From the NCBI RefSeq assembly GCF_001194135.2, contig NC_068995.1, forward strand, positions 41,488,748 through 41,532,338: DNA of 43,591 nt, given 5' to 3'. A program made the translations under genes and the position numbers. The notes beneath the pieces are model-generated. The model worked only from the letters and a program-made list of their open reading frames with translations, ran no database searches and was not told the DNA's origin. This DNA comes from Octopus bimaculoides. Its lineage: Eukaryota. Positions 10,066 to 22,214 of this stretch are shown here, piece by piece (position 1 is the first letter of the stretch; each line of letters starts with the position of its first letter).

Positions 10066-10704
10066 ATCAATGATTCGTGTTATTTCACTTTAGAAATAAA
10101 CTGATAAGTTTAATTGGAGCCGACAAGTTAACCGTGGCTATAATTTAGTAATTGGCGAAGAGTTCAGCTGCGTAATCATGGCTGTACTGGTTGTGAAGGT
10201 GATACAGATGTACATATATACAATACAATAAGCACACACACTACATGCATAAATATATATATGCATATATATATATATATATATATANNNNNNNNNNNNN
10301 NNNNNNNNNNNNNNNNNNNNNNNNNNNNNNNNNNNNNNNNNNNNNNNNNNNNNNNNNNNNNNNNNNNNNNNNNNNNNNNNNNNNNNNNNNNNNNNNNNNN
10401 NNNNNNNNNNNNNNNNNNNNNNNNNNNNNNNNNNNNNNNNNNNNNNNNNNNNNNNNNNNNNNNNNNNNNNNNNNNNNNNNNNNNNNNNNNNNNNNNNNNN
10501 NNNNNNNNNNNNNNNNNNNNNNNNNNNNNNNNNNNNNNNNNNNNNNNNNNNNNNNNNNNNNNNNNNNNNNNNNNNNNNNNNNNNNNNNNNNNNNNNNNNN
10601 NNNNNNNNNNNNNNNNNNNNNNNNNNNNNNNNNNNNNNNNNNNNNNNNNNNNNNNNNNNNNNNNNNNNNNNNNNNNNNNNNNNTGTGTGTGTGTGTGTGT
10701 TTGT

Positions 10705-10910
10705 TTGTCTGTGTTTGTGCCCCCAACATCGCTTGACAACCGATGCTGGTGTATTTACGTCCCCGTAGCCTAGCGGTTCGACAAAAGAGACCGATAGAAA
10801 AAGTACTAGGCTTACAAAGAATAAGTCCTGGAGTCGCCTTGCTCGACTAAAGGCGGTGCTCCAGCATGGCCGTAGTCAAATGACTGAAACAAGTAAAAGA
10901 GTAAAAGAGT
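10705..10910 (+). mobile_element. D module of the bipartite SINE (A head presumably inside gap 10288-10683)
   Basis: CCCCCAACATCGCTTGACAACCGATGCTGG...CAGCATGGCCGTAGTCAAATGACTGAAAC-(AAGTAAAAGAGT)n is near-identical to 28340-28554. Confidence 0.88.
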
Positions 10911-12477
10911 ATATATGTATATATATATATATATTCAGATATATAGTTATGTATGTGTAGATATGTAGGTATGTAATATATATATATATTAGTGGGTATT
11001 TGTACGTATGAGTTTGTTGGCATTTGTTTATGTAGTTGTAAATGTTTATGTACAACCGCATTCTGCTATGAGTGTCAAGGAAATAGTTGTATCCTGTTTG
11101 TTTGAAGTCTATGCGGTCATTTGTAGAGAACGGTTTCTTTCAAATGATGTAATGTTTTCATTAATCAATTGAAACGACCATAATGAATTGACATCTGTAT
11201 ATCTTTGCTACTCATTTATATATAATTTCTTTCAAGGTGATGCCCCAGCATGGTCGCAGTCTGTACTCTTCCCTGTGTCTGTGAAATCTTGTTTCCCTGC
11301 GTAAGGCCTTGTTTCCACACACGCCAGCTTAATTCGTCCTTAGTCGAAAGACACCTGTTGTTATGTCCTGTTATTTGTATTTGTCTAACATTCTCCGTTT
11401 TATTTCCGTCCATGTTTCGTATACATTCGCTGCTTTCTTGCAAGGAAACTAACGCTCTTAGCTTAGTTTTTCCTTTGAGGCTGACCAGATTGGAGTAATC
11501 TCGAGTAAAACCAGCTGAAATATGCAAAGATAATCTGGAACTCGATTGAGGAAAGAAAATTCCTAGTGACCCGTCCTTGTTTTCATACATTCATACATAC
11601 ATACATACATACATACATACACACAGATATACACATGCGCCCGTACACACACATATATATATATTTATATATATGCATATGTGTATATGTGTGTGCATAC
11701 GCATACATAAATACACACACAAACACAGACATATATACATATATATATATTTATATATATGCATATGTGTATATGTGTGTGCATACGCATNNNNNNNNNN
11801 NNNNNNNNNNNNNNNNNNNNNNNNNNNNNNNNNNNNNNNNNNNNNNNNNNNNNNNNNNNNNNNNNNNNNNNNNNNNNNNNNNNNNNNNNNNNNNNNNNNN
11901 NNNNNNNNNNNNNNNNNNNNNNNNNNNNNNNNNNNNNNNNNNNNNNNNNNNNNNNNNNNNNNNNNNNNNNNNNNNNNNNNNNNNNNNNNNNNNNNNNNNN
12001 NNNNNNNNNNNNNNNNNNNNNNNNNNNNNNNNNNNNNNNNNNNNNNNNNNNNNNNNNNNNNNNNNNNNNNNNNNNNNNNNNNNNNNNNNNNNNNNNNNNN
12101 NNNNNNNNNNNNNNNNNNNNNNNNNNNNNNNNNNNNNNNNNNNNNNNNNNNNNNNNNNNNNNNNNNNNNNNNNNNNNNNNNNNNNNNNNNNNNNNNNNNN
12201 NNNNNNNNNNNNNNNNNNNNNNNNNNNNNNNNNNNNNNNNNNNNNNNNNNNNNNNNNNNNNNNNNNNNNNNNNNNNNNNNNNNNNNNNNNNNNNNNNNNN
12301 NNNNNNNNNNNNNNNNNNNACATCAAATAATTTCGTATCTATTCGTAATCATATCTCAGTTTGATGATTGTTATTAAAACTTCCTAATTCCCACCCTGGA
12401 GTATTCATAAAACCATAAGTTAATTAGCTCTGTAGCCAAAATATTATCTGATGAAAAAATTCACGAGATTTTCTATT

Positions 12478-12480
12478 AAC

Positions 12481-12560
<80 letters not shown>

Positions 12561-12618
12561 GATGAAAATAGAAAATAACAAAAATGCCTGTATGTACACA
12601 CATATATATATGTGTATG

Positions 12619-12676
<58 letters not shown>

Positions 12677-12689
12677 GATAGATAGATAA

Positions 12690-12748
<59 letters not shown>

Positions 12749-12750
12749 TT
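12478..12750. repeat. Compound microsatellite (AAT)n ... (TA)n (GATA)n
   Basis: Directly visible. Confidence 0.95.
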
Positions 12751-12947
12751 GATATAGATATAAATATATAATATAAATGTACATTAACATAAGTATACAT
12801 AATATAATTATGCACTAATATAAGTGCTCTCGCGTGTATGTATATTATTTTGCGCGTGTATATATGCTTTTGTTTGGCTTTGCTTCATGTGAGTTTTGTG
12901 CAAATGGATTCGACACCTATTACAGTACATATATGTGTGTGTGTGTG

Positions 12948-12979
<32 letters not shown>

Positions 12980-13483
12980 CATACACACATATACATACAT
13001 ACATATATACATGCACAAACACATTGATTCATACATAAATACATACATTCATATATACGTATATGTGTGTGTATGATTATATATATATATATATATATAT
13101 TTAAAATGCCTTCTTCCTATTTCTTCATCATATCCANNNNNNNNNNTGATCGTGTGTGATTGGAAGGTGTCTGTATGTGTGTGGAAGAGAGAGATAGACA
13201 GAGAGAGGGAGAGGCAGGGAGACAGAGTGAGAGTGAGAGAGAGAGAGAAAATGAGATGGAGAGAGAGAGAGAGAGAGAGTGAGAGAGAAAGAGAGAGAGA
13301 GAAAGAGTGTGCGTGCGTGTGTGTGGGGGTGGGGGTGGGGGTAGAAGAGTGTGAAATAAGGTAAACGAACATACGCGAAAACTTTACACGAAAGTGAAAA
13401 TACCGTACGTAATATTCTGGAGGTTTTAGCTACTTTTTTATTTGATGGATTTTGTTAATTTAGTGCAATGCTGAAATAATAAT

Positions 13484-13601
13484 AATGGTTTCACATTTTG
13501 GCACAAGGCCAGCAATTTTGGGGAAGAGACTAAGTTGCTTGCATCGACCCCAGCGTTCAACTGGTGCCTGAAACGATGAAAGGCACAGTCGACCTCGGCG
13601 A
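13484..13601 (-). mobile_element. SINE family B, 3' half
   Basis: TGGTTTCACATTTTGGCACAAGGCCAGC...ATCGACCCCAG...GATGAAAGGCACAGTCGACCTCGGCG. Confidence 0.8.
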
Positions 13602-13627
13602 TTATTATCTTTATTCTGGTCAGAAAA

Positions 13628-14240
13628 TCCATCTGCTCTCAACACCCACACGGTGGTGGTCTTGGAATGCTATCCTTGATGATGTGACGCCACGCTTAGA
13701 GGCAGTCGCACCTAGAGTTATCTAAATCACTGCGATGGTGTGAACGATGACGACGAAAATAAGGGTGAACTAGTGTAGATGTCCCTCGTGCGATACGCTT
13801 TTTCCGCGGCTCATCACATTGACAATGCTCCAGTCATGGGTCAAATGTAGACCAAGGTACAGCGTTTAGCATCTAGAATGTTGCCAGGCGCTTACTGCAT
13901 TGTACCAGCTGCACAAAACTGTTAGTGGAAACACAACCCAAGATTTCTATAGGGGGCTAGTTAAGAGTGTGATTGATGATGGCCTAGGATTGAATCCATG
14001 CATCAGCAGGAAAAGTCTGAGTAGCTTCTTCCGGAGGACCTTCGGGTCGAAGATAATGGATAATTTCCATAAGTTTTTGACATGGCAGTGCTACAGGGGA
14101 ACATTGCTTGTTCGAGACAAGCTCTTCAGGCATGGAAAAGCCAACAGCCGAACCTGCCCAAGATGATTGCAGGGGGACGAAACCGTCCTGCATGCAATAA
14201 TTCAGTGTTCGTGCATTAGAGAGCTGTGGAGCGTCCATAG
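13628..14240 (+). pseudogene. L1/Tx1-type LINE ORF2 C-terminal relic (post-RT GGLG region and zinc-binding zf-RVT-like domain)
   Basis: ICSQHPHGGGLGM.. in frame 2, then in frame 1 HLECCQAL..KFLTWQCYRGTLLVRDKLFRHG..TCPR*LQGDETVLHAIIQCSCIRELW. The C-x2-C...H-x4-C motif has its second Cys mutated to TGA at 14164. Several stops and frameshifts. Confidence 0.82.
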
Positions 14241-14339
14241 AACAAAGTTCCAATCAGGTACTGGTGTTGATTTGACTACGTTTGTCGCCTAAAACTGCTG
14301 GCCTCGTGCCGAAATTTGAATCTATTAATGCAGTGAGCT

Positions 14340-14750
14340 GACATAATTATTAGCGCGTCGGACATAATGATTACCAGCATTTCGAATTTCTCCGAGGTTG
14401 ACTATACGATTCTTCCTTTCGAGGTTGATAAAATAAGAACCAGTCAAGTACTGGGAGCGATATACAGTAATCCCCCGACTATCGCGGTTGTTACGTTCTA
14501 GAACCTCTCACAGAAATAATTAAAATCTAAAAAAAATATAAATACCTATCGGCTGCAGAAACACGCGATATACTGAGGAGTCCGCGATATAGATTTACAT
14601 ATATTAACCAGAAAAATCCGCGATGTGCGCGATAGGTGAACTGCAATGTACTTTAGTGCGCGATAGATGAACCGCGATACGACGAAGGATTACTGTAGTC
14701 GATTTCCTCCTCCCCTTAAAACTGCTCGTTATGGCCAAAATTAGAAATAT
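14340..14750 (+). mobile_element. Diverged SINE family B interrupted by a MITE
   Basis: CCGAGGTTGAC..CCTTTCGAGGTTGATAAAATAAGAACCAG..CTGGGAGCGA on the left resumes as GTCGATTTCCTCCTCCCC..AAAACTGC after 14697. Confidence 0.65.
14465..14695. mobile_element. Tigger/pogo-like (Tc1-mariner superfamily) MITE, 231 bp, TA TSD
   Basis: TA|CAGTAATCCCCCGACTATCGCGG ... CCGCGATACGACGAAGGATTACTG|TA. Second copy at 33152-33371. Confidence 0.88.
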
Positions 14751-14856
14751 TTATCAGCAGTAGTAGTAATGTCATTTTGTATACTTGTTTCGGAATGACT
14801 GAGACCATAAACCTATGTTGGACTACACGTAAATGCCTGATGCTATTTTCTGTAGT

Positions 14857-15077
14857 AAGTCGGGCCGCAAGCTGGCGGTATCGTTAGCACACCGGCCAAA
14901 ATGCTTAACGTCATTTCGTTTGTCTTTATGTTCTAAAATCAAATTTTGCTGAGATCAACTTTGCCTTTTTCATTTCGGGGCCAATAAAATAAGTACCAGC
15001 TGAGTACTGGGGGTGATGCAGTCGACTTACTCGTCCCTTGAAACTACTGGCTTTGTGCCAACATTTGAAACCAATAT
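14857..15077 (+). mobile_element. SINE family B, near full length; an extra B head follows at ~15089-15130
   Basis: GCAAGCTGGCGGTATCGTTAGC..TTTGCCTTTT..GGGGCCAATAAAATAAGTACCAG..TTTGAAACCAATATT. Confidence 0.8.
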
Positions 15078-15164
15078 TTTCCGTAGAAAGGCGGCGAACG
15101 GACAGAATCGTTATCACGACGGACAAAATTTTAAACCAACATTTTTTGTAGTGTTATTTAGTGT

Positions 15165-15365
15165 TTTTGTTTAGCCCCAGGTCAGCCCTGATTGAGCATA
15201 TCTATGAGTAAAATCTCCAACAGTGATCATTCAATCCGTTATTTTTTTTTATCTGGGGCTATATTGCCCTATGTGCCTTTTTATACCTTCTATTTGAGTA
15301 CAGCAATACGTGTAGTATGAAGGAATTTGGTTTCCATTTCTAGCAGGTTGAACGACCACTTGAGG
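15165..15365 (-). mobile_element. Interspersed repeat family C
   Basis: GTTTAGCCCCAGGTCAGCCCTGATTGAGCA...ATTTCTAGCAGGTTGAACGACCAC; the last part is the reverse complement of the GACCTGCTAGAAAT motif shared by family C copies. Confidence 0.65.
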
Positions 15366-15892
15366 CCTTCAGCAATAGTTTATGTTTATCGTGTTCGGAT
15401 TTCAAGTTCGGTTGGATTAAACTTAACACGTTCTTTATCTAAGGACCGATTCAATTGGTCAGACCCATTGTCTACTTATTTGTAGTCCCGTTTCCTCCAT
15501 GATGAATTGATATCTTATATAAAAAGAAAAACAAAAGAACTGAGAAATGTGGTAGAGAATCTCAGAGTTCCATTGTGTATTTGAAGTAACCAACATGTCC
15601 TATCCATCATGTCATCCATATTGGTTACGAAACTTTCAATGCATTTTAAGTGTAATACCATTTAAGATACAGGCATACATACATATATATATGTATACAT
15701 AGATGTATATGCATGTATGCATGTATGTATGTATGTATGTATGTATGTNNNNNNNNNNNNNNNNNNNNNNNNNNNNNNNNNNNNNNNNNNNNNNNNNNNN
15801 NNNNNNNNNNNNNNNNNNNNNNNNNNNNNNNNNNNNNNNNNNNNNNNNNNNNNNNNNNNNNNNNNNNNNNNNNNNNNNNNNNNNNNNNNNNN

Positions 15893-15926
<34 letters not shown>

Positions 15927-16404
15927 TACACATGGATATCCATGCATGTATGTACGTGTGTGTCTATACATATGTGTGTGTGTGTATGTATTCATGTAGG
16001 TATGAATGTATGTATTTATGTATGTATATATGTATCTATCTGCCTATCTATATCTATGACTATCTATATATATATATATAAGTATATATATATGTATGCG
16101 TGCATATAACCATAATTCATGTGTGGTGACGTCTGCAACTACTAACTTGAAACATAAGCAAAAACTTGTTTGGTAAACCATTTTCTCCAGCAAGTATACC
16201 GACCTTTCAACGGCAAAAACCGATTTCTATATTTATTTCTCTCTCTTTTTTTCTCTTTTCATCTTCTTCAAATGCCATACATTCTATGAAAGCGAAGTCC
16301 ATACATAGAAGAATACGGTTCTTATTTTATTCTTCTGCTTTGAAAGCGAAAACAAAAGACGGATAAAAAAAATGAAAGGAAAAGAAAATCATGTAAAAAG
16401 AATC

Positions 16405-16466
<62 letters not shown>

Positions 16467-16480
16467 TGATGATGATAAAA
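16405..16480. repeat. (AAT)n microsatellite
   Basis: Directly visible; similar arrays at 17700-17780, 20396-20470, 27772-27836 and 41832-41897. Confidence 0.96.
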
Positions 16481-17139
16481 TAATAATATAAACAATAAGA
16501 AGAAGAGTAAGTCAAGAAAAATATATCTCCATCTAAAATTTCTTTTTACGCAATAACTGACAAATGGTCAAATTCTCTATGAAGGACTTTTGTTAAGTAG
16601 GCAAATTGTAAGCCCACTGTTCGCATTTCCATATCTCGACAGCCATAACTGCAACGGATGCTTGCGAACTCTCGCTGTAATCGAATAAGACATGTTTCAT
16701 ACAATGTTTAAAAAGACTTTTGTCGTCTATCTCCGCTAATATACTGGGCGGCCATCTTTGCACGCTTTTCTTTTCTTTTCTTTCCAACAACTCTCACTTT
16801 CGCTTTCACTTTCACTTCCACTTTCACTTTCTCTGTCTGCCTCACTCTCTCTTGTCATTATCCACTTTCTCCCACGCTGTGTCTATTTATCTCTCACTCG
16901 CCTTTCTCCATTATTCTCTTTTACACTTTCTTTCTCACATCTGTGATTTTCTCTAACTTGTTTTCTATTATCCACCCTCAATATTGCAGCAGTCTTTTCA
17001 TTTTTCTTTGCATTTCGATATTTCTGGAAGATGTAAAACCCATATTTATTTACTTGTTTATTTATTTATCTATCTAAATGTCTTTTGAATTTGTTTTTTG
17101 TTTATTTTTGTTTTTTGCTTTATATCCTTACTCTCGCCG

Positions 17140-17570
<431 letters not shown>

Positions 17571-17697
17571 TATTCATTTCTATCATTTCTAGGGGAATGA
17601 CGATCTGTGAAAAGAAAAGTTTGTAAATAAATAAATAAATATAATCAAAAGAAACAGACGACAGGTTTCCAAGCGAAAAGGAAAAAAAATACAGAAG

Positions 17698-17761
<64 letters not shown>

Positions 17762-18751
17762 TGATAATGATAATAATAATAACTAAGACAAGATAACAAC
17801 ATCATATAAGAAAAAATACACGTAAGAATATAAATAAAGAAACAAAAAAAAAACAGAAAAAGGCAGAAAAATGTAAATCGGCAAGACAGGAATAAGATAA
17901 AAATTTCATGAAATGAAAAGTGTTTGGTGTTTGAAGAAGTGCAGCATATATCGTCTGTCGAAACAAAAATCTACAATTTCCTTCTAAATGAAAACTTCAG
18001 TAGGCGGTGTAATACCATCACTGTTTATCACGTCATATATGCCCGTTTACAACTGACTCGTTCTTACGTTTAGTTTTTCTTTTTGTTTTTACATACCCTA
18101 ACTACTCCCTACAAGTACTCGTTCCCTCTTTCTCTTTGCTCGTTCCTTTTCACTATGTCTTTGTCTCTCTTTCTCTCTCTCTCTCTCACCTTCCCTCTCT
18201 AGAATAACATTTCTTCATTTTGGCTTTATCTACGCCGCCCTTCATATATATANNNNNNNNNNNNNNNNNNNNNNNNNNNNNNNNNNNNNNNNNNNNNNNN
18301 NNNNNNNNNNNNNNNNNNNNNNNNNNNNNNNNNNNNNNNNNNNNNNNNNNNNNNNNNNNNNNNNNNNNNNNNNNNNNNNNNNNNNNNNNNNNNNNNNNNN
18401 NNNNNNNNNNNNNNNNNNNNNNNNNNNNNNNNNNNNNNNNNNNNNNNNNNNNNNNNNNNNNNNNNNNNNNNNNNNNNNNNNNNNNNNNNNNNNNNNNNNN
18501 NNNNNNNNNNNNNNNNNNNNNNNNNNNNNNNNNNNNNNNNNNNNNNNNNNNNNNNNNNNNNNNNNNNNNNNNNNNNNNNNNNNNNNNNNNNNNNNNNNNN
18601 NNNNNNNNNNNNNNNNNNNNNNNNNNNNNNNNNNNNNNNNNNNNNNNNNNNNNNNNNNNNNNNNNNNNNNNNNNNNNNNNNNNNNNNNNNNNNNNNNNNN
18701 NNNNNNNNNNNNNNNNNNNNNNNNNNNNNNNNNNNNNNNNNNNNNNNNNNN

Positions 18752-18806
<55 letters not shown>

Positions 18807-18863
18807 GTATAAGTATGTATATATACACACATGTATATATATATGTATACATACACAAACATG

Positions 18864-18896
<33 letters not shown>

Positions 18897-19367
18897 ATAC
18901 ATACATATGTATTTACTTCATTCGACGCCATCGACTAAACCATCTGAAGGTATTAATATATTGAACGTGTGAGAAATCAGTAGACAACTTGCTTGGCAGC
19001 CATGTCTGTCAAAGAGTTGGCATATCATATCATCCAATGTTACATTAAGTATATCTTTTAAGACGGTGCATGCAACATTTTCTCTTCCCCAATTCCCTTG
19101 TCACTGTTCGCTATTGTTCTTAACAAATGTTTGTTTTTTTTGTTGATGTTACTACAGCAATTTTTGCCGCTGTTGTCGTTGTTGTTAATGTTGTTGTAAT
19201 GTTGATTTGAAGCCCTTTCTTGTTATTGTTGTGTTTGCCTATTTGTCTTGTTTATTTATTTATCTATTGTTTTGCTGCGGTTGATATCTTGTTAGATTTT
19301 GTTGTTGCTTTTGTTGTTCAATTGCCATCGATGTCGTTTGTGTGTGAGTATGTGTGTATGTGTGTGA

Positions 19368-19450
<83 letters not shown>

Positions 19451-19961
19451 TATACAAATATATTTGTACATATATACATGCATATATATAATATATATAT
19501 ACATATATATACATACATATATATGTGTGTATGTGTATATATACATATGTATATATATATATTTATATACACACATACACACAAATATATATATAAATAT
19601 ATATGTGTGTGTGTGTGTGTGTGATTTCCTTTCTTGCATCTGTTGTTGTATTACCCTTGCAGACGGGAGACGCAGACCGCAATAAGTTATCAACCAGCNN
19701 NNNNNNNNNNNNNNNNNNNNNNNNNNNNNNNNNNNNNNNNNNNNNNNNNNNNNNNNNNNNNNNNNNNNNNNNNNNNNNNNNNNNNNNNNNNNNNNNNNNN
19801 NNNNNNNNNNNNNNNNNNNNNNNNNNNNNNNNNNNNNNNNNNNNNNNNNNNNNNNNNNNNNNNNNNNNNNNNNNNNNNNNNNNNNNNNNNNNNNNNNNNN
19901 NNNNNNNNNNNNNNNNNNNNNNNNNNNNNNNNNNNNTATATATATATATATATATATGTTA

Positions 19962-20392
19962 CCAGTACTGCTGCCGTAGTCACCTTTAGAGAGATTTAGA
20001 TATAATAATATTTCTATTTCTGAAAATCAGTGGATGTGTTTTCCACTGAATATATATAAAAATAAACCTTCGAACAGACAGTCAGCAGCGCCGCCTGCAG
20101 GGTTCAGCTACTCCACATTGATAAGGGGAAAATATCCCAGCCACTCCATATTGACAAGGGGCAAATACCTCGAAACCGGTCTGTGGATGTTGAACCAGCA
20201 ACGGGAAGCTGATGACCTCCCCTATTCTAAGGTTGTGATGGACACAGATTTGTGTATCACATAGCAAGCTAGAGGCGATGGTCTCTCGGAGCTAATCAAC
20301 GGCAGCATTCGCCCTATATCTCTAGACTGCCATGTTAGCTTGTTGATAAATATTAATACCCAGTACTGTTGCAGTATCTCCTTTAGAGAGAT

Positions 20393-20393
<1 letters not shown>
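19962..20393 (+). mobile_element. ~400-bp direct-repeat-bounded unit carrying a hammerhead ribozyme (retrozyme or PLE-like)
   Basis: CCAGTACTGCTGCCGTAGTCACCTTTAGAGAGATT (19962-19996) recurs as CCAGTACTGTTGCAGTATCTCCTTTAGAGAGATT (20360-20393). Internal hairpins at 20027-20049 and ~20234-20259; hammerhead at 20145-20187. Confidence 0.55.
20145..20187 (+). ncRNA. Type I minimal hammerhead ribozyme, U3-A8 core variant, predicted cleavage after C20181 (GUC)
   Basis: UCCAUA [UUGACAA] GGGG caaaua CCUC [GAAA] CCGG [UC]^UGUGGA: 6-bp helix I, 4-bp helix II, self-complementary ACCGGU helix III (dimer type). All core positions are canonical except the paired C3U/G8A swap. Confidence 0.72.
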
Positions 20394-20470
<77 letters not shown>

Positions 20471-21685
20471 GAAGACAGGTATGGGAAGGAATATAGATGT
20501 TGCACGGATGGTAGTCGATATATATAAATGTATGTATGTATGTATGTGTGTATGTATGTATGTATGTATATAAATACATATACATATATATTTGTTGTAG
20601 GTACATAGAAATATAAATGTATACGCACACATGTACACAAGCAAAATGAGGCTATTAAACTCTTTATCTGTCTATCTTTCTGTCTGTCTGTCTGTGTCTC
20701 TCACACACGCGTACAAAAACACATGCACATACGCACGCGCACATGCATGCTCGCATATCGTATGTATATAAGCATATTTTTGAAATCTATCATATACATC
20801 AGTTTGTGATGATAGAAGAGTAACTAACCCACTGATGGGATTCGAAAATTTCCAAAAATTATGTTTAATATTTTTTGTGTAAATGTTGGGGTACATACAT
20901 ATATTAGATACATGCATACCTGCATATATACTTAGATACATACATAAGTACTTACAACCTGCTATCATTCTGAAAGAATACCTATGAGATATCGGCAGTG
21001 TACATGGTAATGAAATTAACCAAGCGGAAGCCACGTAGGCAGAAAGCAAAATGTATAGAAAACATCAATGATCTGCGCCGCCATATTGGATGGTTAAGCA
21101 CGATAACAAATTTTAAAGGAAAAAATGAGTTTACACCTGACCAATTACATCTTATGCAGAAATAATACATCTCTACAGTGACTCGTCACGCCAAGCTGTT
21201 GAGGGGAAGCTAATGATTCCTAAAAAACGAACTGAACTGAGCGAAAAATTTGGCTATCGTAAGAAACCTTTTAGCGAGTCAGTACAAATCAGAAGTTTGC
21301 TTCCAATCTACAGCCATTATGTAGGAAAATGAGGAAGGAAAATATTGCTGTCAAGAAAAGCCCTTCCCAAGAATCTTTCTGATCTAAAATCTAGAATGAA
21401 AAGAGGGATTTCAATCTTAATGCATCAATGCTAAATTGAGTTATTAGAGTATACTGTACCAGCATTGACAGTAAAACGCAGACACTTGTCCGGGAAACTT
21501 TCACTTTAGTTGTTGGCGAACTGTATGGCTTGATTATGAGGGTTCGGGTCCCACGAGCAGCGGTGTGCTAGAAACCCTAGTAATCTCAGTAATTTGTCCC
21601 GACCAGAGAAAGAGAGAAAAACAGAGAGGAAGGAGAGAAAGACCGAAAGAAACAAGGAGAGGTAACATGAGAGAGGTGGGGAGGA

Positions 21686-21701
21686 AGAGAGAGAGAGAGA
21701 T

Positions 21702-21778
<77 letters not shown>
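21686..21778. repeat. (GA)n microsatellite into gap
   Basis: Directly visible; similar arrays at 32418-32568 and 38578-38640. Confidence 0.96.
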
Positions 21779-22214
21779 NNNNNNNNNNNNNNNNNNNNNN
21801 NNNNNNNNNNNNNNNNNNNNNNNNNNNNNNNNNNNNNNNNNNNNNNNNNNNNNNNNNNNNNNNNNNNNNNNNNNNNNNNNNNNNNNNNNNNNNNNNNNNN
21901 NNNNNNNNNNNNNNNNNNNNNNNNNNNNNNNNNNNNNNNNNNNNNNNNNNNNNNNNNNNNNNNNNNNNNNNNNNNNNNNNNNNNNNNNNNNNNNNNNNNN
22001 NNNNNNNNNNNNNNNNNNNNNNNNNNNNNNNNNNNNNNNNNNNNNNNNNNNNNNNNNNNNNNNNNNNNNNNNNNNNNNNNNNNNNNNNNNNNNNNNNNNN
22101 NNNNNNNNNNNNNNNNNNNNNNNNNNNNNNNNNNNNNNNNNNNNNNNNNNNNNNNNNNNNNNNNNNNNNNNNNNNNNNNNNNNCTCTTTCACCACAACTT
22201 TCTCTCACTCTTAC

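Noticed and set aside
11290-11585. Possible PLE-like fragment with CTGACCA-GATT-ggagt-AATC and GTCGAAAGAC words
   Set aside because: No GAAA follows the hairpin and no cleavage triplet or helix I can be built, so it is too degenerate to call.
19663-19698. Possible splice acceptor TTACCCTTGCAG and exon start ([12 protein letters not shown]) running into a gap
   Set aside because: Only 36 nt are visible before the N-gap, so it cannot be supported.
20080-20214. The 33-nt repeat read as a coding repeat (LHIDKGKI / LHIDKGQI, or STLIRGKY / SILTRGKY)
   Set aside because: Different frames each give partly synonymous patterns and there is no recognisable homology. Every difference is better explained by the hammerhead secondary structure.
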